A stretch of DNA of 64,000 nt, from the NCBI GenBank assembly GCA_041736155.1, contig JBGSUL010000032.1, positions 166,479 to 230,478 on the forward strand, written 5' to 3'. Below the pieces are notes generated by a model, which saw nothing but the letters and a program-made list of their open reading frames with translations, searched no databases and was not told the DNA's origin. Origin of the DNA: Bdellovibrionales bacterium (GTDB lineage Bacteria > Bdellovibrionota > Bdellovibrionia > Bdellovibrionales > JAGQZY01). The translations under genes were made by a program, and so were the position numbers. Below are positions 20,116 to 31,663 of the stretch, piece by piece (positions within the stretch are counted from its first letter, which is position 1; every line of letters starts with the position of its first letter).

Positions 20116-20713
20116 AACACTTGGCATCTTCCTTCTCTTATTTTTGAGCGGCTGTGCTTCACAGCCTCCAGTGACCGATGCCAGCGGCAAGTTCTATTCA
20201 GGCAAAGCCGAAATCTTTGACAAGAAAAAACAGAAAAACGAAACAGTGAAATTTTATGTGGCAGTGGATTCCGCGTCGACTACGCCAACCTTTCGAATGG
20301 ATGTCACAGCAGGAATGTTAAATATTCCTATGGGAACTTTGATTTTACACGGCTCAGAAGCGCAATTCGTCAATTTGATGGAGCGAAAAAACTATCGTTC
20401 TAAAGATGGCGCGCGCGCTTTAGAGAAAATTCTCAAAGCGCCATTGAAACCAGAACATGTAATTGCTTTGTTCAGCGAACAATTTCCTCTCGCGGCACCG
20501 TGGCAGTGTCAGAAGGCGCTAGCCAGCTCGACCAAATGCGAGACGGTGGATCTTTTCCTCGAGTGGGGCAAAGATAATGAGGGCAAAAGACAGCTGACTG
20601 TCGACAGTGAAAAATCAAAAATTCAGTTGGATTACAAGGCCAATGATCCACGACGCGTGAGTTATGACTGGCTTAAGCCCTCAGGCTTTGAAGAGATCTG
20701 GATGTCCATGTAA
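20021..20713 (+). CDS. Lipoprotein, possibly LolB/DUF4292-like
   Basis: Lipobox LLLFLSGCAS. The only in-frame starts (20021, 20045, 20054) overlap the TPR gene end, so the start is uncertain. The LolB-like assignment is weak. Confidence 0.55.
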   Translation: MYKKFAQKLTPLSSVFKQKYVSKNHERQPLDKTLGIFLLLFLSGCASQPPVTDASGKFYSGKAEIFDKKKQKNETVKFYVAVDSASTTPTFRMDVTAGMLNIPMGTLILHGSEAQFVNLMERKNYRSKDGARALEKILKAPLKPEHVIALFSEQFPLAAPWQCQKALASSTKCETVDLFLEWGKDNEGKRQLTVDSEKSKIQLDYKANDPRRVSYDWLKPSGFEEIWMSM

Positions 20714-20818
20714 CTTTTCTCTCGATCTGCGAGTTCGTGTAAGGTAAATAATAAAAGTTTATAATAATCTTGTGCTAGCTTAAATTATTTGCTTCAATTT
20801 AAAAAATTGGAGGATTCG

Positions 20819-21406
20819 ATGAGATTATTGGGTTTGGTTGTGCTTGTATTTTTTGTGGTTCCTTTCAGCGCCAATGCGGGCTTTCATCTTGAGCCCTATA
20901 TAGGAAAGTCATTGAGTGGCGATTGGACGCAGGGAACAGAGGGCGACGCTAAGATGACAGACTTTGGTGTGAAGCTGGGTTATCAAGCGTACTCGGGATT
21001 TCAAATAGGTGGAGAGTTGCAAATGGGCGTTGGAGAGTTTGAAAATTTCTCTACGGCTGATGCGGCTCAAGCGGCTTTTGGCTTTTATCTCGGCTATCAA
21101 TCGAGCATGGGTTTGCGTGCGTACGCTCATTATCTTTTTTCCTCTGCTGCTGTTTTCGACGATCTCAACCAAACTCAGATAGCCGGCAAGGGATTTAAAT
21201 TGGGTGTGGGATATTCTTTACTTTCTTGGTTGGCCGTGAATTTGGAATACCATACGATGACCTACGACCAATTTAAAACCAACCTAACCGGTTTTACTGA
21301 GTTGACTCCAGAATTTGAAAATAATTTTGTAATGGTTGTTCTCAGTTTCCCTTTTAATTTTGGTGGCGGCAGTTCCCACGAAAGTTCTTCAAGTTCCTTC
21401 AGATAA
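20819..21406 (+). CDS. Small outer-membrane beta-barrel protein
   Basis: ATG 20819 follows GGAGGA. Signal peptide MRLLGLVVLVFFVVPFSANA, alternating amphipathic strands (GVKLGYQAYSGFQIGGELQMG, FKLGVGYSL) and an aromatic-rich end VVLSFPFNF. Confidence 0.7.
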   Translation: MRLLGLVVLVFFVVPFSANAGFHLEPYIGKSLSGDWTQGTEGDAKMTDFGVKLGYQAYSGFQIGGELQMGVGEFENFSTADAAQAAFGFYLGYQSSMGLRAYAHYLFSSAAVFDDLNQTQIAGKGFKLGVGYSLLSWLAVNLEYHTMTYDQFKTNLTGFTELTPEFENNFVMVVLSFPFNFGGGSSHESSSSSFR

Positions 21407-21407
21407 A

Positions 21408-23315
21408 CTAAGGGAAGTCTTTGTAGGCGTAATCAAAATAGAGTGGACCTTGGCTGCAAGTTACAAAAGAAAAGTAATTTATACTGGGGTTCATGAGCTG
21501 CTTGGATATGTGAAAAGAGTTAAGAATAGAAACCACTTGGTATTGGCTATCGTTTTTGTAGGTGATGTCTGAGTGTTCAAATATTCTGTTTTTAGGTCCT
21601 ACCGGCTCTGGAAAGACATCGCCGAGCGTGACTTCTTCTGCGAGACGCGGAAAGTTCTTACTCAATCCTGTAAATGATATGCTGCCACCACAGAAAACGC
21701 TGTTTTCAATTTTAAAATCCAATTCCCAGAGAATACGAAATCGAGGATCATCCAAATATTTTTTATTAAGTTCGCCCGAGGTGTCGATTTTCTCTACGGC
21801 ATGCCAAGTCTTATCGTTTTCGTCAAAGTAGGCCCACGAAAACAAATTTTCTGTAAACATGACGTTCACATTTTTATTTTGACTGAGACCCCAATAGTGA
21901 AATGTGAGAGGGTTGGGGGTGGGTAATAATAAATTCTTTTTTTCGGCAGTGACCACATAAACTTGCTCTACATCAGCGGAAGCTGTGATTTGAATTTCGC
22001 TGGGCTTTACAGCAAAAAAATATTCACAGGTGTTTTCTTTCTGTGCAATAAATTTCCCAGAAAAATAATTGCGCATATACAAATCGGTTGATCGGTATTC
22101 GTTGGCAGCATTCATTTTAAGAACGAGAGCTACGTCTTGAGGTTTTTGAGGACATTGAAGAGTCATTTTGAGTCCACGAAGCGAGTTCATCACAAAATCA
22201 TGCGCTGATAAAACTTCGTACCCCAAATTGTCGGGTGAAACCACTTCGTCGGTAGGCAGATGAACATCAAATAAAGTCGCTACAATTTTGCCATTGGTGT
22301 ACTGCCAAGTGCCTTGGCTGTTTTTAACTACGGGTATACGAAGTTCGTATTGTGTGTAAATGGGTACATAACTTTGCATATCTTTTTGGATCATAAAATA
22401 AATAGCGGTTCCTTTAAGAATCTGTGCAGTGCCGAGATCCTTAAATGTACGCACGTCTTCAAAGCTTGGAGTTCCGACCCATACAAATCCCGTATAGATG
22501 AAATCAAAATCAATCCAATTTATATTTGCGGTGACTAGGACTCGCGAAAGATTTAAGTAAGTAGAGTCGCTGTAGATAATGACTTGCCCGACGTTATTGA
22601 GACCTATCTCGGCGAGGGTAAATTGTGAGTATTCGTTTATGTTAACGTAGTTGTCAGTCCATAGACGGAAATTACTCGAGGAATTTGAGGCTTCTCCACC
22701 TCGAGATAAAGTTATTTGCGAAATCTTTAAACTCAATCGATCCAAAAAAGCTTCCGATTCATAGCCGAGGCCAGTTTGGTGGCCCAGCTCGTGAATGAGG
22801 TAGGTCAGGATTTCTGCGCCAGAAAGGCTTGTGGTTGCCGTTTCAAAAAATTCCTGATTAAAAATAATTGGTCCAGGCTTAAGACTGCTTACGGCGATAC
22901 GGTGAGTTTTGTATTGAGGGAGATCAAACAACTTTTTGTCGGGTAAGAAGCCCAAGGTTTTGAATTGCTCTTGAGTTGTGGAATCCAGTTGTGAAAATAG
23001 ATCCTGCATATCACGAGCAAAGTAAAGAGAGGCCGAATTACTAGTCACAATTTGTAAGATTTTACTTAGGGTTGCAGACTCCTCTTGAGACAACCCGCAG
23101 CCTAATTTTAAACACGGAACGATATAACGATTTAAATTTGCGAGCAGCTGCTTTGCCAGGATGTGCTGCCCCCGTTGACCGGGCTCCGCCTCCGACGTCA
23201 GCTGACTTTGGGGAATGTAAATCGCGGAAAGATTTGAGGGGCGAATATCAGCCCCAAAGGCCAAGACCTTCGAGCTAATGAAGAAAAAGAAGATTACAAA
23301 AGAAATTTTTGCCAT
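21408..23315 (-). CDS. Secreted 635-aa protein with zincin-type HExxH motif (unclassified putative metallopeptidase)
   Basis: Signal peptide MAKISFVIFFFFISSKVLAFG and a single LIHELGHQTG at 22779-22793. Large C-terminal region of unknown fold. Last gene of the AT-rich operon. Confidence 0.75.
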   Translation of the reverse strand: MAKISFVIFFFFISSKVLAFGADIRPSNLSAIYIPQSQLTSEAEPGQRGQHILAKQLLANLNRYIVPCLKLGCGLSQEESATLSKILQIVTSNSASLYFARDMQDLFSQLDSTTQEQFKTLGFLPDKKLFDLPQYKTHRIAVSSLKPGPIIFNQEFFETATTSLSGAEILTYLIHELGHQTGLGYESEAFLDRLSLKISQITLSRGGEASNSSSNFRLWTDNYVNINEYSQFTLAEIGLNNVGQVIIYSDSTYLNLSRVLVTANINWIDFDFIYTGFVWVGTPSFEDVRTFKDLGTAQILKGTAIYFMIQKDMQSYVPIYTQYELRIPVVKNSQGTWQYTNGKIVATLFDVHLPTDEVVSPDNLGYEVLSAHDFVMNSLRGLKMTLQCPQKPQDVALVLKMNAANEYRSTDLYMRNYFSGKFIAQKENTCEYFFAVKPSEIQITASADVEQVYVVTAEKKNLLLPTPNPLTFHYWGLSQNKNVNVMFTENLFSWAYFDENDKTWHAVEKIDTSGELNKKYLDDPRFRILWELDFKIENSVFCGGSISFTGLSKNFPRLAEEVTLGDVFPEPVGPKNRIFEHSDITYKNDSQYQVVSILNSFHISKQLMNPSINYFSFVTCSQGPLYFDYAYKDFP

Positions 23316-24193
23316 GCGACCCGCTTAATTTTTAAATGATAGTGTTCTGTCGCAGCGAAGAATTGTATCCAGTTCAAGTTGTTTTCAAAGAAAATAATAG
23401 GTAGCAAGCGGATCCCTTTTTCTATTCCGTTACAACTATAGCGAATCTGCACTTCTGCTTTAACGTAGCCGGCATTGAGAAGGTTGAGGAAAAAATTTTC
23501 GATGCGAAACCACTCCACCGTTTGGCAGGTTTCATCCATAGGCACTCGATAACTATCAGTCAGATCAGTAATAATGAGGGACGGCTCATTTTTATGGGTG
23601 AGGAAAAAAATATGGGGTTGAGACCAATGACTGAGATCAGAGAGAATGGTCACGTTTTCTAAAAATGCATAGAAGTCGGAGGCTTCTTTTATTTTCTGTG
23701 AGTTGCTGACGCTGTGATGATGGTAAGAATAAAGACTCAAAACATATTTGTAGCCATCCAAATTTGTTTTTGTATCGAGCAAACGAGAATTAATGATATT
23801 TTCGCTGCCGGGCGAATTCCCACTTATAAAAACTTTTTCGTGGAGATTGGTAGAGAGAAGTCGTGGATCGTCTTTGGAAGTCTTAAACTCAATGGGCTGT
23901 TCTTGTTTGTGATGGATATCAATCAGGCTGAGGAAACTTGTCGTGTCGTTGGAGCAGAAGTTTGTTTTTTGGCAAAGTTGGATTTGTTGGGAGATTAAGC
24001 TCTCCGCAGAAATCACAAAATTTTTGTCAGGTCCTCCGCCATTGCCGGCACCATCGCCCCCAGGGGCGGGGATCAGTTCCCAATCCATAGGTATAAGAAC
24101 AAAATCGTGAGGTGTTGTTCCGCTCAGGTTCAGGGACCAAGTGAGGTTGGGCCAAAACAAACTTACAAGGAGAATGCACAAAATACGAAACAT
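23294..24193 (-). CDS. Secreted 299-aa protein, apparent paralog of the N-terminal part of the 635-aa protein with degenerate HExxH site
   Basis: Signal-like MFRILCILLVSLFWPNLTWS. CQKTNFC corresponds to CLKLGC, and SLYSYHHHSVS sits where LIHELGHQTG lies in the neighbour. TAATG overlap upstream and a 22-nt overlap downstream. Confidence 0.7.
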   Translation of the reverse strand: MFRILCILLVSLFWPNLTWSLNLSGTTPHDFVLIPMDWELIPAPGGDGAGNGGGPDKNFVISAESLISQQIQLCQKTNFCSNDTTSFLSLIDIHHKQEQPIEFKTSKDDPRLLSTNLHEKVFISGNSPGSENIINSRLLDTKTNLDGYKYVLSLYSYHHHSVSNSQKIKEASDFYAFLENVTILSDLSHWSQPHIFFLTHKNEPSLIITDLTDSYRVPMDETCQTVEWFRIENFFLNLLNAGYVKAEVQIRYSCNGIEKGIRLLPIIFFENNLNWIQFFAATEHYHLKIKRVAWQKFLL

Positions 24194-25060
24194 TATTGAT
24201 CCTCGATCTCTACCGTGTGTTCAAAAAGTTGAAGGTTCAATTGATAAACGCAATCGCCTTTTTTTGCATAGAATTTATCATCTACAGAATTACGGAAGTT
24301 ACGTAAATGCTGCTTGAGAGCTGGCAAATCGGATTTCTTGAAAGAAAAAACCCAGGAAATCAGCTCTCTCTCCAATACACCTTGCTCATCGATAGATTCC
24401 AAAGCTCTCTGTAGCATTTGTTTATGATGTGTTCTGAGCGTTGCGCTGGGAATGTCTTCGCGGCTTAAAAAACTCGTTTCTTCCTTGATAAGCTGATTTG
24501 TTTCGGGGTCGCGATGAAGTCCACCATAAGAGAGAAAAGCGTTGATAGTTTTTTTGATATCCTCGGTAGAAACTTTCTCGCGCAATCGCTTTCGTATCCA
24601 GACGAGATCTTCTTTAAAATTGCGTGTGCCAACCAGTTGACGAATGACAAAGACATACCATGGGAAGAGCTGGTCAAAATCGGCGAGGCTGAGGCGTTTG
24701 GTTTTTTTAACGGCATTTGCGCGCAGTTCGATAATTTTTTGGTGAATCTGTGCAGAGGATAGCGATTTTTTTTTCTTTTTGTCTTAAAACAAGTAATTGC
24801 AGAAAACGTTTTTCGTTTTCAAGAAGACCGTAATCTTCGGCCAGGAGCTCAATCATTTTTGTTGAGGGTAAACGTTTCCCCTCAACCAGCATGCCAAGGC
24901 TACGCGTGGACCTGTAGCCCAAGCGCTGCGACCAGGTTTGCAATGATATTTTTTTCCCCCGCCGTCGATAATCGTCTCTCATGAAAGAGATAAATTCCTG
25001 TGGCGAATCTGCCTTCAGTAACATGCGGGGGACGGTACAATAGAAGATATACACGGTCAA
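24193..25060 (-). pseudogene. TIGR02147/DUF4423-type putative HTH regulator, split by a frameshift in an A9 tract
   Basis: The N-terminal ORF (25060->24707) reads FISFMRDDYRRRGKKISLQTWSQRLGYRSTRSLGMLVEGKRLPS. The C-terminal frame is open from 24783 and reads ...FDQLFPWYVFVIRQLVGTRNFKEDLVWIRKRL... down to stop 24193. The two frames meet at T9 (+ strand 24766-24774). Eight A would give an intact 288-aa protein. Confidence 0.75.
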
Positions 25061-25450
25061 TTACAGACAGCTGTACTTCATTTGCCATTCTTTTTTCTGC
25101 AAGGTTTCTGACGATGTATTTACCGCGCCGTCATGACCCGTTACGATGGCTGTGCCGAGAAAACTTCCGACTTTTCGTTTATTGGCATTTTCCATCTCAG
25201 AATTACTATTGGTGATTGTACCGACGACAACTTCAGTTTCTTCAACAATATCTACGGTTTTTGAACCACAATTACTTTGCATCAGTGAGGTGGCCAAATT
25301 GCGATCTTCTTCGCGGTGTTCTGCATGCAGAGCAATAACGCCTCCGCGACCCGGTTGCTTTTGAGCAGATCGTGCATAGGGCTGGTACTCAAACATGCTG
25401 GCACAGCCGACGATGAGTAAAAAGAGGGGTAGTATCAAAATCATTTTCAT
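25061..25450 (-). CDS. Small lipoprotein, first gene of the AT-rich operon
   Basis: Internal ATG 25450 follows AAGGAGAAC. Lipobox signal MKMILILPLFLLIVGCAS, 129 aa. Its stop abuts the start of the next gene. Confidence 0.65.
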   Translation of the reverse strand: MKMILILPLFLLIVGCASMFEYQPYARSAQKQPGRGGVIALHAEHREEDRNLATSLMQSNCGSKTVDIVEETEVVVGTITNSNSEMENANKRKVGSFLGTAIVTGHDGAVNTSSETLQKKEWQMKYSCL

Positions 25451-25812
25451 TTGTTCTCCTTGGTGAGGGGTTTGACGATTAATATGCGATGCAACGCCTG
25501 GACAGGCAAAAAAATCGAAGGTCGCGTATAAAAAAGGAGGCACAAACTGTGCTTCTGTGAACACATAAAAGCAAAAGTGAGGTCAACTTACTGGAAACAC
25601 AGGACCTCTTGAGAACAACAAAACTGAGCGGTCGTTGCATAACAGAATCTTCTAGTTGGCATAACAAAATACGATCAAAATAATGTCTCGCCCATTCACC
25701 GGAAAACCTAGACGACTGTCTAAAGATAGAGCGAATTCCGAGACACATACGGACTAAAATTGAGTCTCAAATTCAGATGGTGCATAATAGTAGATGCGAG
25801 CCAGGAGGGATC

Positions 25813-27885
25813 ATGACCATCACTTTGACAGATATTCTAAAGGGTTGGAAGGGTAACGAGGACTTTAAAGACCTCACATGGACAGGGGGCTTTGACGACT
25901 ATCTAAAGGTCGTGAAGCAACATCCAAAAATCACCCGCAATGCATACCAAAGAATGTACGACATGATTCTGGAGCACAAGTCTTCTGAATACGTGGATAC
26001 AAAAAAGAAAGTCACTCGTTACCATTTTTTTGATGATATCGAAAATGATGGCAAAGACGGTGTCTTTGGTCTCGACATTCCACTGATGAAATTAGTGAAC
26101 GTTTTAAAAGCCGCCTCTCTGGGTTACGGCACGGAAAAACGTGTGATCCTTCTGCACGGCCCCGTGGGAAGTGCTAAGTCGACCATCTGTCGTCGATTAA
26201 AAAAAGGCTTAGAACAATACTCACGCACAGAAAACGGCGCTCTCTACACTTTTGAGTGGGTCGATGAGGCCGGCGAACTTTCGGGTCTGCTCGGTGTGAA
26301 TGTGAAAAGTTTCCCAAGCCCAATGCACGAAGAACCACTTCTTTTAATCCCAACGGCTCTACGCCCTAAGGTGGAAGAAGAAATCAATCGTGGCATGCAA
26401 GGTGAGTATCGCATTAAAATCGAAGGAGAGCTTTCTCCGCCAAGTCGCTTTATTTTCCGTGGACTGATGGAAAGATACAATGGCGATCTCACTAAAGTAT
26501 TAAGCCATGTGCGTGTGAAGAGAATGGTGCTCAGCGAAGCTGATCGTATTGGGATTGGTACGTTCCAACCAAAAGACGAAAAGAATCAAGACAGCACAGA
26601 ACTTACCGGTGATTTGAACTATCGTAAAATTGCTGAGTATGGATCGGATTCTGATCCGCGCGCCTTTAACTTTGATGGAGAATTCAACGTTGCTAACCGT
26701 GGGATGATTGAATTTGTCGAAGTGTTAAAGCTCGATGTGGCCTTCCTTTATGATCTTCTTGGCGCTTCGCAAGAACACGTGGTGAAGCCTAAGAAATTTG
26801 CACAAACTCACATTGATGAAGTGATCATTGGTCATACCAACGAGCCTGAGTATCGTAAATTGCAAAACAACGAATTTATGGAAGCTCTTCGCGATCGTAC
26901 AGTGAAGATTGATGTTCCTTATATTACTAAATTGCGCGAAGAGATTAAGATCTATGAAAAGGATTTTAATAAAAAACGCATTCGTGGCGTGAGCATTGCG
27001 CCGCACACGATTGAAGTAGCTGCCATGTGGGCTATTTTGACCCGTCTAGAAAAGCCCAAAAAGGCTAATCTGACTCGTCTACAAAAAATGAAACTTTACG
27101 ATGGTAAAACTCTGCCGAATTATACAGAGGACAATATTAAAGAACTGCGTAAAGACACAATACGTGAGGGTTTAGAGGGGATTTCTCCTCGTTACATCCA
27201 AGACAAAATTTCCAATTCGCTCATTCAAGCTCAGCAGAACAACCGGGGTTCGGTGAATCCGTTTATGGTCCTGAACGAGCTCGAGTCGGGATTAAAGCAT
27301 CACTCGTTGTTGTCCAATGAAGAACTGAAAAAAGAATACCGCGAACTGATTGATGTGGTCCGTAAAGAGTACGAAGAGATTATTAAGTCGGAAGTACAAA
27401 GAGCGATCAGTGCCGACGAAGGCGCTTTGGGCCGCTTGTGCGGGAACTACATCGACAACGTGAAGGCTTACACTCAGCGCGAGCGCGTGAAAAATCCTTT
27501 CACGGGTCGTGATGAGGAGCCCAACGAGCGCTTGATGCGTGCGGTGGAAGAAAAAATTGATATCCCTGAGTCGCGTAAAGATGATTTCCGTCGGGAGATC
27601 ATGAATTACATCGGCGCCATCTCTCTCGAAGGGAAAAAATTTGATTACAAAATGAACGAGCGTCTTCATAAGGCTCTCGAACTTAAACTTTTCGAAGATC
27701 AAAAAGATAGCATCAAGCTGACTTCTTTGGTTACTTCTGAAGTAGACAAAGAAACCCAAGAGAAGATCGACATTGTTAAAGGTCGATTGATCAAAGATTT
27801 TGGATACGATGAGATTTCAGCCACGGATGTTCTCCAGTATGTTGCGAGCATTTTTGCTCGAGGAGATGTGAAAGAGAATAAGTAG
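25813..27885 (+). CDS. prkA: PrkA-family serine protein kinase (YeaG-like AAA+ ATPase/kinase)
   Basis: ATG 25813 follows GGAGGG. Walker [20 protein letters not shown]. The long, conserved-looking PrkA body includes [16 protein letters not shown]. Confidence 0.88.
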   Translation: MTITLTDILKGWKGNEDFKDLTWTGGFDDYLKVVKQHPKITRNAYQRMYDMILEHKSSEYVDTKKKVTRYHFFDDIENDGKDGVFGLDIPLMKLVNVLKAASLGYGTEKRVILLHGPVGSAKSTICRRLKKGLEQYSRTENGALYTFEWVDEAGELSGLLGVNVKSFPSPMHEEPLLLIPTALRPKVEEEINRGMQGEYRIKIEGELSPPSRFIFRGLMERYNGDLTKVLSHVRVKRMVLSEADRIGIGTFQPKDEKNQDSTELTGDLNYRKIAEYGSDSDPRAFNFDGEFNVANRGMIEFVEVLKLDVAFLYDLLGASQEHVVKPKKFAQTHIDEVIIGHTNEPEYRKLQNNEFMEALRDRTVKIDVPYITKLREEIKIYEKDFNKKRIRGVSIAPHTIEVAAMWAILTRLEKPKKANLTRLQKMKLYDGKTLPNYTEDNIKELRKDTIREGLEGISPRYIQDKISNSLIQAQQNNRGSVNPFMVLNELESGLKHHSLLSNEELKKEYRELIDVVRKEYEEIIKSEVQRAISADEGALGRLCGNYIDNVKAYTQRERVKNPFTGRDEEPNERLMRAVEEKIDIPESRKDDFRREIMNYIGAISLEGKKFDYKMNERLHKALELKLFEDQKDSIKLTSLVTSEVDKETQEKIDIVKGRLIKDFGYDEISATDVLQYVASIFARGDVKENK

Positions 27886-27905
27886 AGTCGAACACCAGGA
27901 GTAGT

Positions 27906-29000
27906 ATGTCCATTCGTAGGGACCAGAGCCGATTTCGCGATATAGTGCGTGGTAAAATTCGTGAGAATTTTAAAAAATACGTCACGCACGATGAACTGAT
28001 CGGCAAGAGAGAAAATGATTACGTAAAAATACCCGTGCCCTACATTGATATCCCACGCTTTAAATATGGCCCGAAACAACAGGGTGGCGTGGGACAAGGT
28101 GATGGCAAAGACGGTGATCCTGTCGGTGGTGAAAAACAGCCAGGACAGGGCGAAGCTGGCAGTGATCCCGGTGAACACAGCCTCGAAGTGGATATTTCTT
28201 TTGATGAGCTCGCCGATATTTTAGGCGAAGAATTGCAATTGCCGCGCATCGAACCTAAAGGCGGCAAAATCCAAAGTGAAAAAACCAATTACACAGGAAT
28301 GGCGCCCGCAGGGCCGGATTCTTTGCGACATTTTAAGACTTCGTACAAACGTGCCCTCAAAAGATATATTTCGAGCGGTGTGTATGATCCTAAAAATCCT
28401 GTTGTTGTACCTATTCGTGCGGACTTCCGGTATCGTTCTTTCAAAACGACAGCTCAGCCACAGGCTAACGCCGTGGTGATTTATATCATGGACGTCTCGG
28501 GTTCCATGGGCGAAGAGCAAAAAGAAATTGTGCGACTCGAGAGTTTTTGGATTAATACATGGTTGAAGAAACATTACAAAGGTTTAGAAACTCGTTTTAT
28601 CGTGCACGATGCAGCGGCCAAAGAAGTGGATGAAGAGACCTTTTTCCGCACCAGCGAATCAGGTGGCACCTTGATCAGTTCCGCGTTCAAGCTCTGTCGC
28701 GATATGATTGCTCAAGATTATCCCGCCGATCAATGGAATATTTATCCTTTTCATTTCAGTGATGGAGACAACTGGAGCAGTGACGATACCAAGCTGTGTC
28801 TCAAAATGCTGACCGAAGAGATATTACCCAAAGTGAATTTTTTTGGCTACGGGCAAGTGGAAAGCAAATACGGCAGCGGCCAGTTCTATAAAGATCTCGA
28901 AAAAGAGTTCACTGGTGTGGATAAAGTTGTATTGAGTCGGATTAAAAACAAAGAACATATCTTAGGGTCTATTAAAGACTTCCTGGGAAAGGCGCGATAG
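27906..29000 (+). CDS. yeaH: YeaH/YhbH-family protein (DUF444, vWA-like)
   Basis: 364 aa with a Gly/Asp-rich N-region and MIDAS-like [14 protein letters not shown]. It lies between prkA and spoVR as in other genomes. Confidence 0.8.
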   Translation: MSIRRDQSRFRDIVRGKIRENFKKYVTHDELIGKRENDYVKIPVPYIDIPRFKYGPKQQGGVGQGDGKDGDPVGGEKQPGQGEAGSDPGEHSLEVDISFDELADILGEELQLPRIEPKGGKIQSEKTNYTGMAPAGPDSLRHFKTSYKRALKRYISSGVYDPKNPVVVPIRADFRYRSFKTTAQPQANAVVIYIMDVSGSMGEEQKEIVRLESFWINTWLKKHYKGLETRFIVHDAAAKEVDEETFFRTSESGGTLISSAFKLCRDMIAQDYPADQWNIYPFHFSDGDNWSSDDTKLCLKMLTEEILPKVNFFGYGQVESKYGSGQFYKDLEKEFTGVDKVVLSRIKNKEHILGSIKDFLGKAR

Positions 29001-29008
29001 GACACTAG

Positions 29009-30490
<1,482 letters not shown>

Positions 30491-30494
30491 ATAC

Positions 30495-30553
30495 GAGATT
30501 CTTCGCTTTGCTCAGAATGACGGATTGTCAGACTGAGCGTGAGCGAAGGAGCG
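30495..30553. repeat. Inverted pair of the GTCATCCTGAGCGAAGCGAAGG-type repeat between convergent spoVR and guaC
   Basis: GAGATTCTTCGCTTTGCTCAGAATGACGG (30495-30523, reverse orientation) faces GTCAGACTGAGCGTGAGCGAAGGAGCG (30527-30553). Together they form a hairpin that occupies most of the 69-nt gap. Confidence 0.7.
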
Positions 30554-30559
30554 CCGTCT

Positions 30560-31576
30560 TTATCTCTTCGCGCGATCCAAACCATGCGCGCCACTCTCTT
30601 TTTGTGACGCTGCCGTAATCACATTGTAAGATAATTTGCGTTGCAGCTCTTGCACATTGATTGCGCCAGCATAGGTCAGACCCGAGCGCAGACCACCGCG
30701 AATATCCGCGATGATCGACTCGTGGTTCTCACGATACGGAACCTTGAATGCTACGCCCTCAGCGGTTTTCCACTCGGGCATGGCTCCAAATTGATCTTCG
30801 ACGGCTTCAAGCGACGCCATTCCTCGATAGGATTTTACTTTTTCGCCAGACTCCAAAGTTTCCACGGCACCGGGTGTCGGCGTGGTGCCCGAGAGCATTC
30901 CACCGATCATCACAAAGTCTGCTCCAAAGGCGAGGGCTTTCACCACATCGCCGGGAGTGCGCAAGCCACCATCGGCAATGATTGAACGATCCACACGCGA
31001 GCACTCTTTAATACTTTGCAGAGTGGGAACTCCAAATCCCGTTTTGATACGAGTGGTGCATGCGGAGCCACCGCCGATGCCGACTTTAATAATGTCGGCA
31101 CCACAAGCGGCCAAATAATCAGCTCCTGCATAGGTGGCAACGTTTCCTGCAACGAGGCAACGATCTTTAATGACTTCGCGTAAATGTTTGATTTGTTTTC
31201 CTACGTATTGAGCATGGGCGTGAGCGACGTCGATCAAAAAGTAATCGGCGCCGGCATCCACAAGAGCCACGGCTCTTTGCAATTCGTACTCACTGACACC
31301 GACAGAAACAAAAGTGGGGAATTTACATTTTTTAAATTCTTCGACGTTTTTTTCGATATTCATAAAACGATGGAGAGAGCCCATACCGCCATTTTTACCC
31401 ATGAAGTTAGCCATTTCACTCTCGGTAATGGTGTCCATATTGGCAGAGATGACAGGAAGTTGCAGGGAGAGTTTTTTGGTCTTATCAGTGACCGCGATCT
31501 CCACGTCTCGGCGAGACATGTGGTGGTTGTAGCCAGGTACCAATAAAATATCATCAAATGTAATTGCTTCCATCAT
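30560..31576 (-). CDS. guaC: IMPDH/GMP reductase family oxidoreductase without CBS pair (probable GMP reductase)
   Basis: 338 aa with FDDILLVPG, catalytic-Cys loop GIGGGSACTTRIKTGFGVP and DGGLRTPGDVVKALAFGADFVMIG. Confidence 0.7.
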   Translation of the reverse strand: MMEAITFDDILLVPGYNHHMSRRDVEIAVTDKTKKLSLQLPVISANMDTITESEMANFMGKNGGMGSLHRFMNIEKNVEEFKKCKFPTFVSVGVSEYELQRAVALVDAGADYFLIDVAHAHAQYVGKQIKHLREVIKDRCLVAGNVATYAGADYLAACGADIIKVGIGGGSACTTRIKTGFGVPTLQSIKECSRVDRSIIADGGLRTPGDVVKALAFGADFVMIGGMLSGTTPTPGAVETLESGEKVKSYRGMASLEAVEDQFGAMPEWKTAEGVAFKVPYRENHESIIADIRGGLRSGLTYAGAINVQELQRKLSYNVITAASQKESGAHGLDRAKR

Positions 31577-31663
31577 TTCCCCCTTGCAAGCGCTTTAGCC
31601 GGCTATCGATCCTTCCAAAAACCCCAGAAAATTTCAATAGAAGAATAACCTCACAGAGCATTG

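Noticed and set aside
25451-25564. N-terminal extensions of ORF-track models (also 25777-25812 prkA, 43483-43839, 5929-6012, 40364-40417, 44566-44613, 62375-ORF to 63322)
   Set aside because: In each case an internal ATG with a good SD yields a canonical signal peptide, lipobox or conserved N-terminus. The upstream extensions have no SD and junk-like sequence.
31577-31663. Purine/guanine riboswitch upstream of guaC
   Set aside because: Reading the minus strand, I found none of the conserved purine-riboswitch junction sequences and no three-way-junction pairing.
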